A stretch of 64,000 bases of DNA, taken from contig JAUWIB010000112.1 in the NCBI GenBank assembly GCA_030605565.1, positions 4,335 to 68,334 on the forward strand. The letters are read 5' to 3'. Below are positions 37,748 to 47,458 of this stretch, piece by piece; the first letter of the stretch is position 1, and each line of letters starts with the position of its first letter. Source of the DNA: a bacterium. GTDB lineage: Bacteria > Zixibacteria > MSB-5A5 > GN15 > FEB-12. The position numbers and the translations under genes are program-made. The notes under the pieces are model-generated. The model was given only the letters and a program-made list of their open reading frames with translations, did no database searches and had not been told where the DNA came from.

Positions 37748-39147
37748 CATCGTCACCGATCGGTCACAACAGAATCCTGATAGTTGATAATCCGACTATC
37801 GCCGATGGTCTCCAGACGACCACTCTGACCGAAGAAAACATACCGGTCGAACACGCCGAATCCGGTGACGAGGCGCTGTTGCGGTTGGAAGAAGGTTTCG
37901 AACTGCTCATAGTGCCGGACAACGTCGACGGAATGCCGGTAACAGACTACCTCACCAAGGTCCAGCGCCGATTTCCAAAGACCGGCGTTATCGTGGTTAC
38001 GACTCCGGCCAACGTTGATTTGGGTGCGGCCGCGCTTGAGGCCGGCGCGACCGACTATCTGCTGGCTCCGACTACCCCGGCTGCTACCATGGCCGCCGTC
38101 CGCCGCGCCCTGAGACTCATGCAGATGAAAAACGAATTGGTGGTGTTGCGTCAAACGGTATCGATGGCCAATGGTTTCGACAACCTGGTTGGGTTGTCGG
38201 AGTCGATGATCAAATTGAAAGAAACCGCTCGTAAGCTGGCGCCGACCGACATATCAGTGCTGATCTCCGGTTCGTCGGGCAGTGGCAAAGAACTGCTGGC
38301 CCGGGTCATGCATCATCATTCGCGGCGCCGCACGGGAGCGTTCGTGGCAGTCGATTTCTCGGCCATACCTGAAGAATCGGTGGCTCGCATTTTGTTCGGC
38401 CACGATGAAGAACGGTCAACCGGTGACGGCTCCACCGAGGGTCTGTTAGAGAAGGCTGACGGCGGTACGCTGTTTTTGGATAATGTCGACCGGGCGCCGA
38501 TTTCGATTCACAAGAGGCTGGCGCAGTTCTTGAGAGATTCCATAATCATCACCGGCGATACACAGATCAAACGCAAGATAGAAATGCGCGTGATGGCTGC
38601 GGCCAGCCAGTATCTGACCCCAATGCTCACCGACGGAAAATATAACGCCGAACTCTACCGCCTTATCAGCGAAATGAAACTCCACCTGCCGACTCTCTCG
38701 GAGCGACCGGAGGACATTGAACTGCTCATCGATTACTTCCTCCGCCGATGGCAGCAGGATACAGGCCGTGACCCGGTAACCATAGGCCCAGACGCCATCG
38801 AGAAACTGCTGGCCTACCGTTGGCCGGGCAATGTCCGTGAACTGGACAACTGCCTGCGACGGGCGGCCACATTGTGCCGGGATAACATGCTTCAGACACA
38901 GGACATCAGTTTCTTCGGGCATGGTGGTCCGGAGGTGGTAGTCCGGCGTGAGCATCGTATCCTGCACACCCGGCGACCCAGCGGTCGGCTGGACGATACC
39001 CAGCGATCCATAATCGCCCGCGCTCTGGAAGATAACGATTGGAATTTCACTCAAACCGCCCAGGAGTTGGGCATCGGGCGAACAACTCTGTGGCGCAAGG
39101 TTAAGAAATACCGGCTCACCAAAGAGCCGTCTGAAATCGAGGCATAA
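37744..39147 (+). CDS. Atypical NtrC-family (sigma54-type AAA+) regulator with Fis HTH
   Basis: Receiver-like N-terminus; GSSGSGKE; ADGGTLFLD; WPGNVREL; TAQELGIGRTTLWRK; GAFTGA absent. Confidence 0.88.
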   Translation: MTSSPIGHNRILIVDNPTIADGLQTTTLTEENIPVEHAESGDEALLRLEEGFELLIVPDNVDGMPVTDYLTKVQRRFPKTGVIVVTTPANVDLGAAALEAGATDYLLAPTTPAATMAAVRRALRLMQMKNELVVLRQTVSMANGFDNLVGLSESMIKLKETARKLAPTDISVLISGSSGSGKELLARVMHHHSRRRTGAFVAVDFSAIPEESVARILFGHDEERSTGDGSTEGLLEKADGGTLFLDNVDRAPISIHKRLAQFLRDSIIITGDTQIKRKIEMRVMAAASQYLTPMLTDGKYNAELYRLISEMKLHLPTLSERPEDIELLIDYFLRRWQQDTGRDPVTIGPDAIEKLLAYRWPGNVRELDNCLRRAATLCRDNMLQTQDISFFGHGGPEVVVRREHRILHTRRPSGRLDDTQRSIIARALEDNDWNFTQTAQELGIGRTTLWRKVKKYRLTKEPSEIEA

Positions 39148-39167
39148 AGTACCAAACGAGCAACACT

Positions 39168-39704
39168 ATGATAGACAACAACGACAAACATTGGACGGCT
39201 GCCACCGGTGTAACCGCCGGTACGGATTCCCGTGAGGGGGCGAGAACGAAACAGAACACGCCGCTCTCGGAAGTCTTCCACGCCCTCACCGACCGACTTC
39301 GCAAGGAGTACAATATCGACAAGGGAGTCCTGGTGCTTCGGAACGACGAAGCTCGCCAGTTGGCGGCGGTATCAACCTGGCATCGTGGTATAGCCCGCGA
39401 TGGGTTGCGGCTCAATCTTCCCGTTGACGCCTCGCTCTTTGAGAAAGTGGCTGAGCAAGGTCATGTCTACACCGAGGATTTCTGCGAGTCGTTCAGCGGC
39501 AATTTCTTTGAACGCAAGTTGCTGCTGGACGATGATTCCCGCTCATTCGTCCTGCAACCGCTCAAGAGCGATGGCCGCGTGTTGGGATTGCTTGGATACA
39601 GTTCGCGTATGCCGATGGCTTTTGTCACATTCGAAGAAGGGGCACTGGACGATATCTGCGATCGGCTGGGGTCAATAATCGAAAAACTGGTTTACCATCA
39701 GTAA
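39168..39704 (+). CDS. Stand-alone GAF domain protein
   Basis: SRSFVLQPLKSDGRVLGLLGYSS..PMAF GAF-type C-terminal strands. Confidence 0.7.
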   Translation: MIDNNDKHWTAATGVTAGTDSREGARTKQNTPLSEVFHALTDRLRKEYNIDKGVLVLRNDEARQLAAVSTWHRGIARDGLRLNLPVDASLFEKVAEQGHVYTEDFCESFSGNFFERKLLLDDDSRSFVLQPLKSDGRVLGLLGYSSRMPMAFVTFEEGALDDICDRLGSIIEKLVYHQ

Positions 39705-39711
39705 GTAACGC

Positions 39712-40836
39712 TCAGTTATTCTCCCGGGCGGCCTGAATCTCCCGTCGAGCGCGATTGTGCTCGGCGTTGGTGCGTGAGAAACGATGACCGCCTTTATTGT
39801 CAGCCACAAAATACAAGTACTCGGTTTCTTGAGGTAACAGCGCCGCCTTTATCGAGGCCAGCCCGGGCGAGTTGATCGCCGTAGGGGGCAAACCCTTCCT
39901 GAGATAAGTATTGTAGGGCGTGTCTCGTTCGAGGTCCTTTCGATACAACGGACGGTCCAGTCCACCCAGGCCATAAACAACGGTGGGGTCGGCGTCTAAC
40001 TTCATATTCGCCCGCAATCGATTGGTGTAGACCGAGGCGACAATTACCCGTTCGGAATCCAGGCCGGTTTCCGCCTCAATGATTGAGGCCAGCCTGATGA
40101 TTTCATCTCTGGAGAGGTCCATGGGAAGGTGTTCCGGCCAGATGGAATCGGTCATCGAGCGGTGCATCGCCACCATCTCCTCAACAGCATCCTTGGCGTC
40201 TGCGCCCCACGGGAAGAAGTATGTCTCGGGGAATAAATATCCCTCGAGGCTGGGAAGTCCCATCTTCTTCAGGGATATCGTATCTTTCACCACCGACATC
40301 ACCTCGGTGGAGTCATGGTCAAGCTTCTCGGCCAAAATCGCGGCTACCTGCCACAGCGTGGCGCCTTCGGGGACGGTTACCTTGATGCGCACGAAATCAG
40401 CTTCGCAAAACTTCCTTAGGACCGACCGACAGGAGTTCTCGCCCTTGAAATCATAGCGCCCCGGCGTGAGTTTCCGATCTGTTCCGAACCAACGAGCGGC
40501 GAGTTTCAAAGTTAGGCGTGATTCAACTATTCCCGCAACCAGCAACTCGTTGGCGACAGACTCAAACGATGCGCCCGACTCGATGATGATCGGCGCCACC
40601 CGATCACCCAGGTCTACCTGGTGATAATACGAATAACCGGCCCACGCGACAGTTGCCGCCGCTACCACCAGCAGTCCAAACAGATATGTCTTGATCCGTT
40701 TCATGCTACCGAAAGCTCTTACCAACAGGCTCACCGCAAACAGTACCAGTCCGACCAATAGCAGAAAGGTGCTGACCAGAAGATACCAGGGGTACTCCCA
40801 CCAGCGTACGTTCGTTTGATCAGCGCGGTTGCTCAT
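39712..40836 (-). CDS. mltG: Endolytic transglycosylase MltG
   Basis: VTVPEG, LEGYLFPETY, LASIIEAE, DPTVVY, TPYNTY..GLPP..I.SPG. Confidence 0.95.
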   Translation of the reverse strand: MSNRADQTNVRWWEYPWYLLVSTFLLLVGLVLFAVSLLVRAFGSMKRIKTYLFGLLVVAAATVAWAGYSYYHQVDLGDRVAPIIIESGASFESVANELLVAGIVESRLTLKLAARWFGTDRKLTPGRYDFKGENSCRSVLRKFCEADFVRIKVTVPEGATLWQVAAILAEKLDHDSTEVMSVVKDTISLKKMGLPSLEGYLFPETYFFPWGADAKDAVEEMVAMHRSMTDSIWPEHLPMDLSRDEIIRLASIIEAETGLDSERVIVASVYTNRLRANMKLDADPTVVYGLGGLDRPLYRKDLERDTPYNTYLRKGLPPTAINSPGLASIKAALLPQETEYLYFVADNKGGHRFSRTNAEHNRARREIQAARENN

Positions 40837-41251
40837 CGAGGAACCGTTGCAGGATAATCACCGCCGCTAATCGGTCGAGCCGTTTCTTGTCCTGGCCAAC
40901 TTTCTTGCCGTGAGCGTGAATCACGTCGGCCGCTTCGATCGTACTGTATCGTTCATCTACTTTGTGTATCGGCCCTTCGTAAACGGATTGCAACTCCTCG
41001 ACAAATCGATCAACCTCGCGGCACTTGTCACTCTTGTCGCCGGACGGCATCAGAGGATACCCGACGACGATACCGTTTGGCTTGATCTCGCTGATAAAGC
41101 GCGCAATCCGCTCAAGAGCGTCACGTTGCGACTTTACTTCAAGAGTCGTCAAGGCCGAGGCGATCAGTCCGGTCGGATCGCTTTTGGCCAGCCCGATCCG
41201 ACGGCGACCGTAGTCGATACCGAGATAAGTGTGACCGGAATCGTTGTTCAT
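40820..41251 (-). CDS. ruvX: Pre-16S rRNA nuclease / RuvX (YqgF)
   Basis: LGIDYGRRRIGLA.SD, VVGYP, DERYST, D..AAVIILQ. Confidence 0.95.
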   Translation of the reverse strand: MNNDSGHTYLGIDYGRRRIGLAKSDPTGLIASALTTLEVKSQRDALERIARFISEIKPNGIVVGYPLMPSGDKSDKCREVDRFVEELQSVYEGPIHKVDERYSTIEAADVIHAHGKKVGQDKKRLDRLAAVIILQRFLDEQPR

Positions 41252-41307
41252 CTGCGGAATCTAAGCGTTCAACGACTCAAGGTCAATCAATACAAAGAAG
41301 CGTCGGA

Positions 41308-41453
41308 CGGGTGACCCATCTCCGCCGCGGCGGGGTGGGTTTCTAAGCTAGAGCTACGATCGACGATGGCATGATAGACAAATGTGGAACATGGACAGCT
41401 TTTTGTTTAGCTCGGGGATTCATCTGATCCCAGGGCAAGCCCTGGGGCACCCG
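41308..41453. repeat. REP-like doublet GGGTGACCC...CCCAGGGCAAGCCCTGGGGCACCC
   Basis: Inverted termini; the right hairpin is an uninterrupted version of the MITE target at 28048-28242. Confidence 0.65.
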
Positions 41454-41496
41454 GCTAAAAAAGGTTTCGGGGAACGACTGGTGGTTGCGGCCGTCG

Positions 41497-42756
41497 CTAC
41501 GTCTTGCGCTCTTTTTTCTTGGCGGCGGGGAAGAGAATGTTGTTCAGGATCAGACGATATCCCGGCGAATGTTTGTGCAGCACCAGTTCGGTCGGTGGAT
41601 CATGGACCAGGTGGCGGTAATCCTCCGGGTCGTGACCGGACAGAAAGGTGAACGTGCCCCGCCCCAGGTTGCCGTGGATATAGCGCACTTCGTCAAAGTT
41701 GTCCGGTTGCCCCAGCACGACCACGAACTTCTTCAACAGCGACTTGCGAAAGCCGGTGGTCTGCCCGAGAAAGCCGTTGACAGTGTTGGTGTGGCATTGC
41801 GTCAGCATGGTCGGCACCGGGTCCAGTTTGGCGGCGAAGTCAAACAGGTAGAAATAGTCCTGACGTTCATCGAGAAACCGCACCAACCTGTCCGGATAGG
41901 TATCGATGTCGGAGTGGCTGTACACCATCGGATCGAACTCCAGTCGAAAATTCTCAAAGGCGAAGGTCCGTGTGAAATCAAGGGCTGCCTGAGCACCGGG
42001 ATCGATCGGGTCGCCGTCGATCTGACGCGGCACGATATCCAACCCCTCGGCGGCCAGCGCGATATCGACTGTCTCCGGCGCGGAACACATCGAGAAAAAG
42101 AACCCACCGCGACGCACGTAATCGTACACCGTCCTGGCCACATCGAGTTTCATCTGAGAAACCTTACTGTAGCCCAGCTTCCGAGCCATTTCCTCGTTGC
42201 TTCGCACTTCTGCCTGGTACCAAAGCTGATTGCGAAACGCGCCGTAGAACTTGCCGTACTGGCCGGTAAAATCCTCATGGTGACAGTGCAGCCAGTCGTA
42301 CTCTTCAAGCGCCCCGGCCAACAGGTCTTCATCGTAGACGTTGTCGTACTTGATCTCGGCGTAGGTCAAGGCGAGCGTCACGGCATCGTCCCAAGGCTCA
42401 TTGGTGGGGGGAGAATAAACGGCGATAACGGGCGCTTTCTCAAGCTCGACCCGCTCCATATTCTCAACCTCGATCTGACGATAGATATCCGCGACCTGCC
42501 CGGACGTTATTCGCTGGGCCGAGACACCCATGAGCAAACACAGGTCACTCATCTCCGTAACGTCATCGATCAGGAACGACCCCCCGCGATAGTTGAGCAA
42601 CCACTCGGCATGGTAACCTTTGTCCAGGGCGCGAAAGCAAACGCCGTACGCCTTGAGATGATCGGTCTGACTGTCATCCATCGGGATAAACAGCGACGCC
42701 GCGTGCAACGGCGCGGTGAGGGCTATTGCGATTATGAATACGAGTGTTCTAATCAT
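41497..42756 (-). CDS. Exported conserved protein with class-I GATase-like core (family often labelled 'asparagine synthetase B')
   Basis: Signal peptide; HLKAYG, WLLNYRGGSF, HHEDFTGQYGKF, FSMCSA, GHDPEDY. Confidence 0.75.
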   Translation of the reverse strand: MIRTLVFIIAIALTAPLHAASLFIPMDDSQTDHLKAYGVCFRALDKGYHAEWLLNYRGGSFLIDDVTEMSDLCLLMGVSAQRITSGQVADIYRQIEVENMERVELEKAPVIAVYSPPTNEPWDDAVTLALTYAEIKYDNVYDEDLLAGALEEYDWLHCHHEDFTGQYGKFYGAFRNQLWYQAEVRSNEEMARKLGYSKVSQMKLDVARTVYDYVRRGGFFFSMCSAPETVDIALAAEGLDIVPRQIDGDPIDPGAQAALDFTRTFAFENFRLEFDPMVYSHSDIDTYPDRLVRFLDERQDYFYLFDFAAKLDPVPTMLTQCHTNTVNGFLGQTTGFRKSLLKKFVVVLGQPDNFDEVRYIHGNLGRGTFTFLSGHDPEDYRHLVHDPPTELVLHKHSPGYRLILNNILFPAAKKKERKT

Positions 42757-42775
42757 CGTTCTATTTCGTATCTGA

Positions 42776-42911
42776 CGCGCACAGCGCGAAGAACAGGCTC
42801 ACCTGTGTCACCCTGAGCGTAGCCGAAGGGTCACAAACGTCTTTCTGGGTACGTCATACTTCGACTCCGCTCAGCATGACGGTGCGTGGGCGGCAGATGT
42901 CCACATCTGCC
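42776..42911. repeat. Cluster of REP-like palindromes
   Basis: GTCACCCTGAGCGTAGCCGAAGGG...CTTCGACTCCGCTCAGCATGAC doublet; GTGGGCGGCAGATGTCCACATCTGCC. Confidence 0.75.
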
Positions 42912-43077
42912 CCCTTATACACAAGACTCAAAGTAACGATTACGAGACTTTTGGCAACAGTGATTTTACGGGGGGGCGTGCAGTTCCGGTTGCGCGACAC
43001 GCGACTTGTAGCTATATTACGTGCGGCTGTTAATTGAATAGTGGGAACCGAAGAACTAAAGGCGAGGAGGTAGGCAA

Positions 43078-44139
43078 ATGGATATTGAGGGCAAAACCAT
43101 TTGGCAGTTGGCATGCGGTGACACTGATCGCAACTATGCCGATGTATGTCTAAAGTGGGACGTCATCCTAAACGGACCAGGTTATGCTGGGAAATGGCAC
43201 AAGTGCGAAGAGCAGCTTCGAAATGATGGTTGGACGTCTAAGAAGCTTTCAGACTTGAGACGATTCGCGGAAGATATAAAGGATGGCGACATCGTTGTTC
43301 TGCGTCTGGGTACAAAGAAAGTCATGGGGGTGGGTGTTGTAGTCGGTGGATATGATTGGAGCAATATTTTCTCGGACGTAGATGGTTGGAATCTGCAGCA
43401 TTTCCGACGAGTGAAATGGTATTGGAGGGGGGGGGACCAGGTCCCAGATTTAGCAACTTACGCAATGAAGCTCGGTGATACGACACAGAAGCTGGATTCT
43501 AAGAAAGTAGAGGTAACCAACTGGCTCAGGGGTTTGAGCATTCCTCAGAGCGAGATTGACCGTGACTTGGTCCAACTACCGCAGGAAAGCTCTAAACCTG
43601 TCACAATTGAACAGGTCTCCGAGTACTTGTTCGACAGCGGCGTGTCCAGCAACTCGGTTGAGACCCTTGTCACGGAAATCGACGAACTAGTGCAGATCGC
43701 CAAATGGTACAACAAAGAAAGAGAGAACAGCCCCTCAGAGTCGGAAACTGTCTCATACCTGGTGGTTCCTCTCCTACGGGCTCTCGGTTGGACACATCAG
43801 AAAATGGCGATTGAATGGCATAACGTCGATATCGCACTTTTCAGCAGTTTGCCGAGAAGCCCTGAGACGACTAGTGTAGTGGTCGAGGCGAAGAAGAAGG
43901 GGAACTCATGTTTGATGGCGAAGTCGCAGGCTGAAACATACGCCAAAGATAAGACGAACTGTACCAGACTAATTGTGACGGACGGTCTCAGGTATGGAGT
44001 GTATGTACGAAACGGAGCCGAATTCGATTTGCTGGCGTATCTCAACCTCACTGCCATGAAGGACGGCTATCCGATCTACGATGATTGTAAAGGGGCCAAA
44101 GAAGCTCTTCAGGCTATGATGCCCGAATTCAATGGGTAA
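43078..44139 (+). CDS. Putative restriction endonuclease: PUA/EVE-like N-domain + HsdR_N-type PD-(D/E)XK nuclease
   Basis: IKDGDIVV..GVGVV..Y..RRVKW; SESET..LV.PLLRALGW, VDIAL, VEAK, QAETYA, TDG. Confidence 0.7.
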   Translation: MDIEGKTIWQLACGDTDRNYADVCLKWDVILNGPGYAGKWHKCEEQLRNDGWTSKKLSDLRRFAEDIKDGDIVVLRLGTKKVMGVGVVVGGYDWSNIFSDVDGWNLQHFRRVKWYWRGGDQVPDLATYAMKLGDTTQKLDSKKVEVTNWLRGLSIPQSEIDRDLVQLPQESSKPVTIEQVSEYLFDSGVSSNSVETLVTEIDELVQIAKWYNKERENSPSESETVSYLVVPLLRALGWTHQKMAIEWHNVDIALFSSLPRSPETTSVVVEAKKKGNSCLMAKSQAETYAKDKTNCTRLIVTDGLRYGVYVRNGAEFDLLAYLNLTAMKDGYPIYDDCKGAKEALQAMMPEFNG

Positions 44140-44273
44140 TCCTTGGAGCACCTGATGATGACTACCCGGACAGCCACTACTCCATCTTTTGACCTTTGCA
44201 AGAATCGTCCGTTCCATTTATATTGTGAGTAGCGCCGGTGAAATGTACTGTAGTATCAGCAAGGAAGTCACCA

Positions 44274-44738
44274 ATGGCTGAAACAGTGAAGATAGTTGAG
44301 TATTTCTATGCAGTAGTCGGCGACCGGCCCGGTGAGGTTCGGCGGCTGATGGAGCATCTGAGCGAGAAGGGTGTGAACTTGCTTGCTTTCACAGCCTTTC
44401 CCGTCGGCGGTGATAAGTCGCAGTTGGATTTCTTCCCGGAGAATCCGAACCTGCTTCAGGATGCCGCCCGAGACGCCGGGGTAGAGTTAGTCGGACCCAG
44501 GAAAGCCTTTCTCATTCAGGGTGATGATCGGGTTGGCGCTCTTCACCATCACCATTTGATGCTGGCCAACGCCAATATTAATGTACATGCCGCCAACGGT
44601 GTCGTGAGCGGGTCCGGCAAGTACGGTTACATCCTGTGGGTGACGCCGGACGATTTGAAGAGGGCCGCGGAGGTGCTGGTGGGGGGAGAGACGGACGGAC
44701 ACTTCGGAACCCTGAGCCCGGGTTCGGTTGACTGGTAA
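44274..44738 (+). CDS. Tandem ACT-domain protein
   Basis: DRPGEV..L...GVNL and DDRVGAL.....LANANINV. Confidence 0.75.
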   Translation: MAETVKIVEYFYAVVGDRPGEVRRLMEHLSEKGVNLLAFTAFPVGGDKSQLDFFPENPNLLQDAARDAGVELVGPRKAFLIQGDDRVGALHHHHLMLANANINVHAANGVVSGSGKYGYILWVTPDDLKRAAEVLVGGETDGHFGTLSPGSVDW

Positions 44739-44820
44739 GGCAGGCACGGCGCTGTCATTATGCAGGCTACGCCCGGAACTCAACAGTAGAAGTCCCGCCT
44801 AAAGAAGCAGTCGGAAGCTG

Positions 44821-45666
44821 TCACTTCACCAGCGCTCGCAGCACGGCCAGGTTTTCGATGTCTTCGGCCAGGTCGTCCCCTTTGGGGGTCTCGAGAATCA
44901 TCGGGATATTCTTCAGCCGCCGGTCGTTGACGATATTGCGGAACCCTTCCAGCCCGATAAACCCCTTGCCGATATGTTCGTGCCGATCCTTGCGTGAGTC
45001 GAATTCCTTCTTGCTGTCGTTCATGTGAATGACCTTAAGCAGGTCCAGACCGACCACATCATCAAACTGTTTGATCGTTTTCTCGTACTCTTTTGGATCG
45101 GTTAGCGGATACCCGGCGGCGAAAATGTGGCACGTGTCCAGACAGACACCCATGTGCTCTTTGTTCTCCACGCCGTCGATCATTTGAGCCAGTTGCTCGA
45201 ATCGGTAACCGAGATTGGAACCCTGTCCGGCCGTACTCTCCAAGAGCAGCGTGACCTGATTGTCATCCAATTCATTAAACATACGGTTAATGTTTGCGAT
45301 GATCCGCGCCATGCCGGTTTCTTCGCCGGAGCCGACATGCGATCCGGGGTGCATCACCAGATTGGGTATCTTGAGCAGCTTGCAGCACTCCATCTCCTCC
45401 CGAAGTGACAGACGCGACTTTTCGCCCAGAGCGTCATCGGGTGAAGCGATATTGATCAGATAACTAGTGTGCGATAACGCCACCGTAACACCGGTAGTCT
45501 CTATGGCCTCAAAGAACTTGTCAATTTCCTTTGGATCCAGTTTCCTCGCCCGCCACTGATTGTTGGACTTGTTGAACATCTGGATCGTGTCACATGTGGC
45601 TTTCTTACCACGCTCGACTGCGTTGAAGATACCACCGGCGATAGATTCATGGGCGCCAAACAGCAT
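44821..45666 (-). CDS. nfo: Endonuclease IV
   Basis: GAHESIAGG, HTSYLIN, HPGSH, LESTAGQG, DTCH, HMNDSK, DRHEHIG, ILETP. Confidence 0.96.
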   Translation of the reverse strand: MLFGAHESIAGGIFNAVERGKKATCDTIQMFNKSNNQWRARKLDPKEIDKFFEAIETTGVTVALSHTSYLINIASPDDALGEKSRLSLREEMECCKLLKIPNLVMHPGSHVGSGEETGMARIIANINRMFNELDDNQVTLLLESTAGQGSNLGYRFEQLAQMIDGVENKEHMGVCLDTCHIFAAGYPLTDPKEYEKTIKQFDDVVGLDLLKVIHMNDSKKEFDSRKDRHEHIGKGFIGLEGFRNIVNDRRLKNIPMILETPKGDDLAEDIENLAVLRALVK

Positions 45667-45826
45667 AGGACTCCTGTCGCATCATTATTCCCGTGTCCGG
45701 TCCGGTTTAAGATACCGATTCGGCTAACAAAAGCAAACTGCAATCCGTGGGTTACCGACGATATTGGCTTGACCTCTAAACGCGTCGGGGTTACCTTTTG
45801 GTCAGTGTATAGTTGAGGAGTATCCA

Positions 45827-46654
45827 ATGGTTAAAGACGCAAGACAGACCAAAGCGAAATCGTCGAAGACTAGCCCCAGCCCAGAGCTCTTGTCCTACTG
45901 TGACGCCGCAGAACAGATTCTGAGGGATGTGAAAACGGCTCTCAAGTATAAGGAACTATCTGACAAAGCGAATAAAAAGGGAATCCTCCGAACTGAGTCT
46001 GCGACGCCTGACATCTCAATGTATGTCTCCCTGAGAGGTGAAATAAAGCGCCGGCAGCAGAGAAGCGAGGCACAACGCTTCAAATTCTTGGGGAATGGCA
46101 TATTCACTCTGGTGGAGTTGATCACTGGAGCACCTGCCAAGAAAACAAAATCGGCGATAGAACAAGTGCGTGAATCGCGCGAGGAGGCTTACAAGGCGCT
46201 CTACAAGGCTCTTACGTCCGCAAACCAAGGGCCTAACTTCGAGACGATGGCTGCGGACCTTCTCATAGCCATGGGATACGAGGATGTTGAAGTGATCGGT
46301 GGCCATGATGATCGTGGAGTGGACATTCTGTGTGAGAAGCGCGACGGGATCATGCGGGTGCGGTTTGCGATACAATGCAAGTGCGTACGGGAGAGTAAAC
46401 AGGTGGGACCCAAAGATGTCAGCACTCTTAGAGATAATCTGTCAACCTATGGTTGCCAACAGGGCATCATCGTCACGACAAGCGTTTTGAATGACGACGC
46501 AAAGAAAAAGGCCTCGGAAACAGGAAAAGATCGGATTCACTACATTGAGCGTAACGAGTTGTTTGACCTGTTTGCGAGTAACGGGATTGGCCTGCGATCT
46601 GAGGAGGTGAGATTTTTCCAACTCGATACCTCACAGTACGACTTCCTCAACTGA
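45827..46654 (+). CDS. HARE-HTH + Mrr_cat restriction endonuclease
   Basis: AAEQIL...L.YKEL..KA...TPD.SM HARE-HTH; FE...DLL.AMGY, DRGVD, IQCK, GIIVTTS. Confidence 0.82.
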   Translation: MVKDARQTKAKSSKTSPSPELLSYCDAAEQILRDVKTALKYKELSDKANKKGILRTESATPDISMYVSLRGEIKRRQQRSEAQRFKFLGNGIFTLVELITGAPAKKTKSAIEQVRESREEAYKALYKALTSANQGPNFETMAADLLIAMGYEDVEVIGGHDDRGVDILCEKRDGIMRVRFAIQCKCVRESKQVGPKDVSTLRDNLSTYGCQQGIIVTTSVLNDDAKKKASETGKDRIHYIERNELFDLFASNGIGLRSEEVRFFQLDTSQYDFLN

Positions 46655-46964
46655 GAGTACTTGCAGGGAAAGGTCTCAGCCGGCAGCTTCGTCGTCCGGC
46701 CCCACTCCCTTACTCCTTAGTCCTCCAGCCATGTCCTCAAGACCTTGCCAAGTTTCGATCAAATCGACCCACGGCCGACCTTAACCCAAATCGGCCGCGG
46801 TCCTGACTTTTCGACAAACTTCCGGCGCCGCACAAACAAGCCGCTGGCACCTATAGCCGACCTGCAGTCCACGCCTTGACTATTGCCCTGAGATTTTCCT
46901 GGAAACCCGTTTTTCCACTGACACGATCTGTCACCCCCCCCTGTTACCATGAGTTCGAGAGAAC

Positions 46965-47414
46965 ATGAACCTGGTAAGGGGTAAACAAATGGAGCAATCG
47001 ATTTTAATCAGAGACACCGGTGTCAAGATAACCGATATCCTTGACATGATCTCGCGGGGGCTGTCGTATTATCAGATCCTGCTGTCCGACTCGCGGTTGA
47101 CGCTGGCCGATATCATGGTGACGGCCAAACTGGCCAAGGAGTTGATCGATAACTTCGTAACACCGGAGCACACGATCATTGTCGACAGTTCGATAGAGAT
47201 CATCGCCACCGGAGGGCGGATCATCAACGTATCGAAGTTACGAGAGGAACATCCGCGCGCTTTTATGAAATGGAATGAAAGCGAAGAAGCGCAACTCACC
47301 GAGCTTTTTCACGCCGGCAAGAGCATGGTCGAGATGGCCAATGTGCTTCAGCGCAAGTGCGGCGCAATCAAACTGCGATTGGAGAAACTGGGGCTGATAA
47401 AGGCGGAAGAGTAG
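46965..47414 (+). CDS. DUF433-like HTH fused to a 'PRA..KW..EE..L' small HTH domain
   Basis: IRDTGVKITDILDMISRGLSYYQIL...LTLADI; HPRAFMKWNESEEAQL...QRKCGAIKLRLEKLG. Confidence 0.65.
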   Translation: MNLVRGKQMEQSILIRDTGVKITDILDMISRGLSYYQILLSDSRLTLADIMVTAKLAKELIDNFVTPEHTIIVDSSIEIIATGGRIINVSKLREEHPRAFMKWNESEEAQLTELFHAGKSMVEMANVLQRKCGAIKLRLEKLGLIKAEE

Positions 47415-47458
47415 CGGTCGAGCGATTTCACTCATAAGACGCTGCGATCCTGTGCACT

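Noticed and set aside
41497-42756. True asparagine synthetase AsnB
   Set aside because: It has a signal peptide and lacks the N-terminal Cys-Gly-Ile and SGGLDS motifs.
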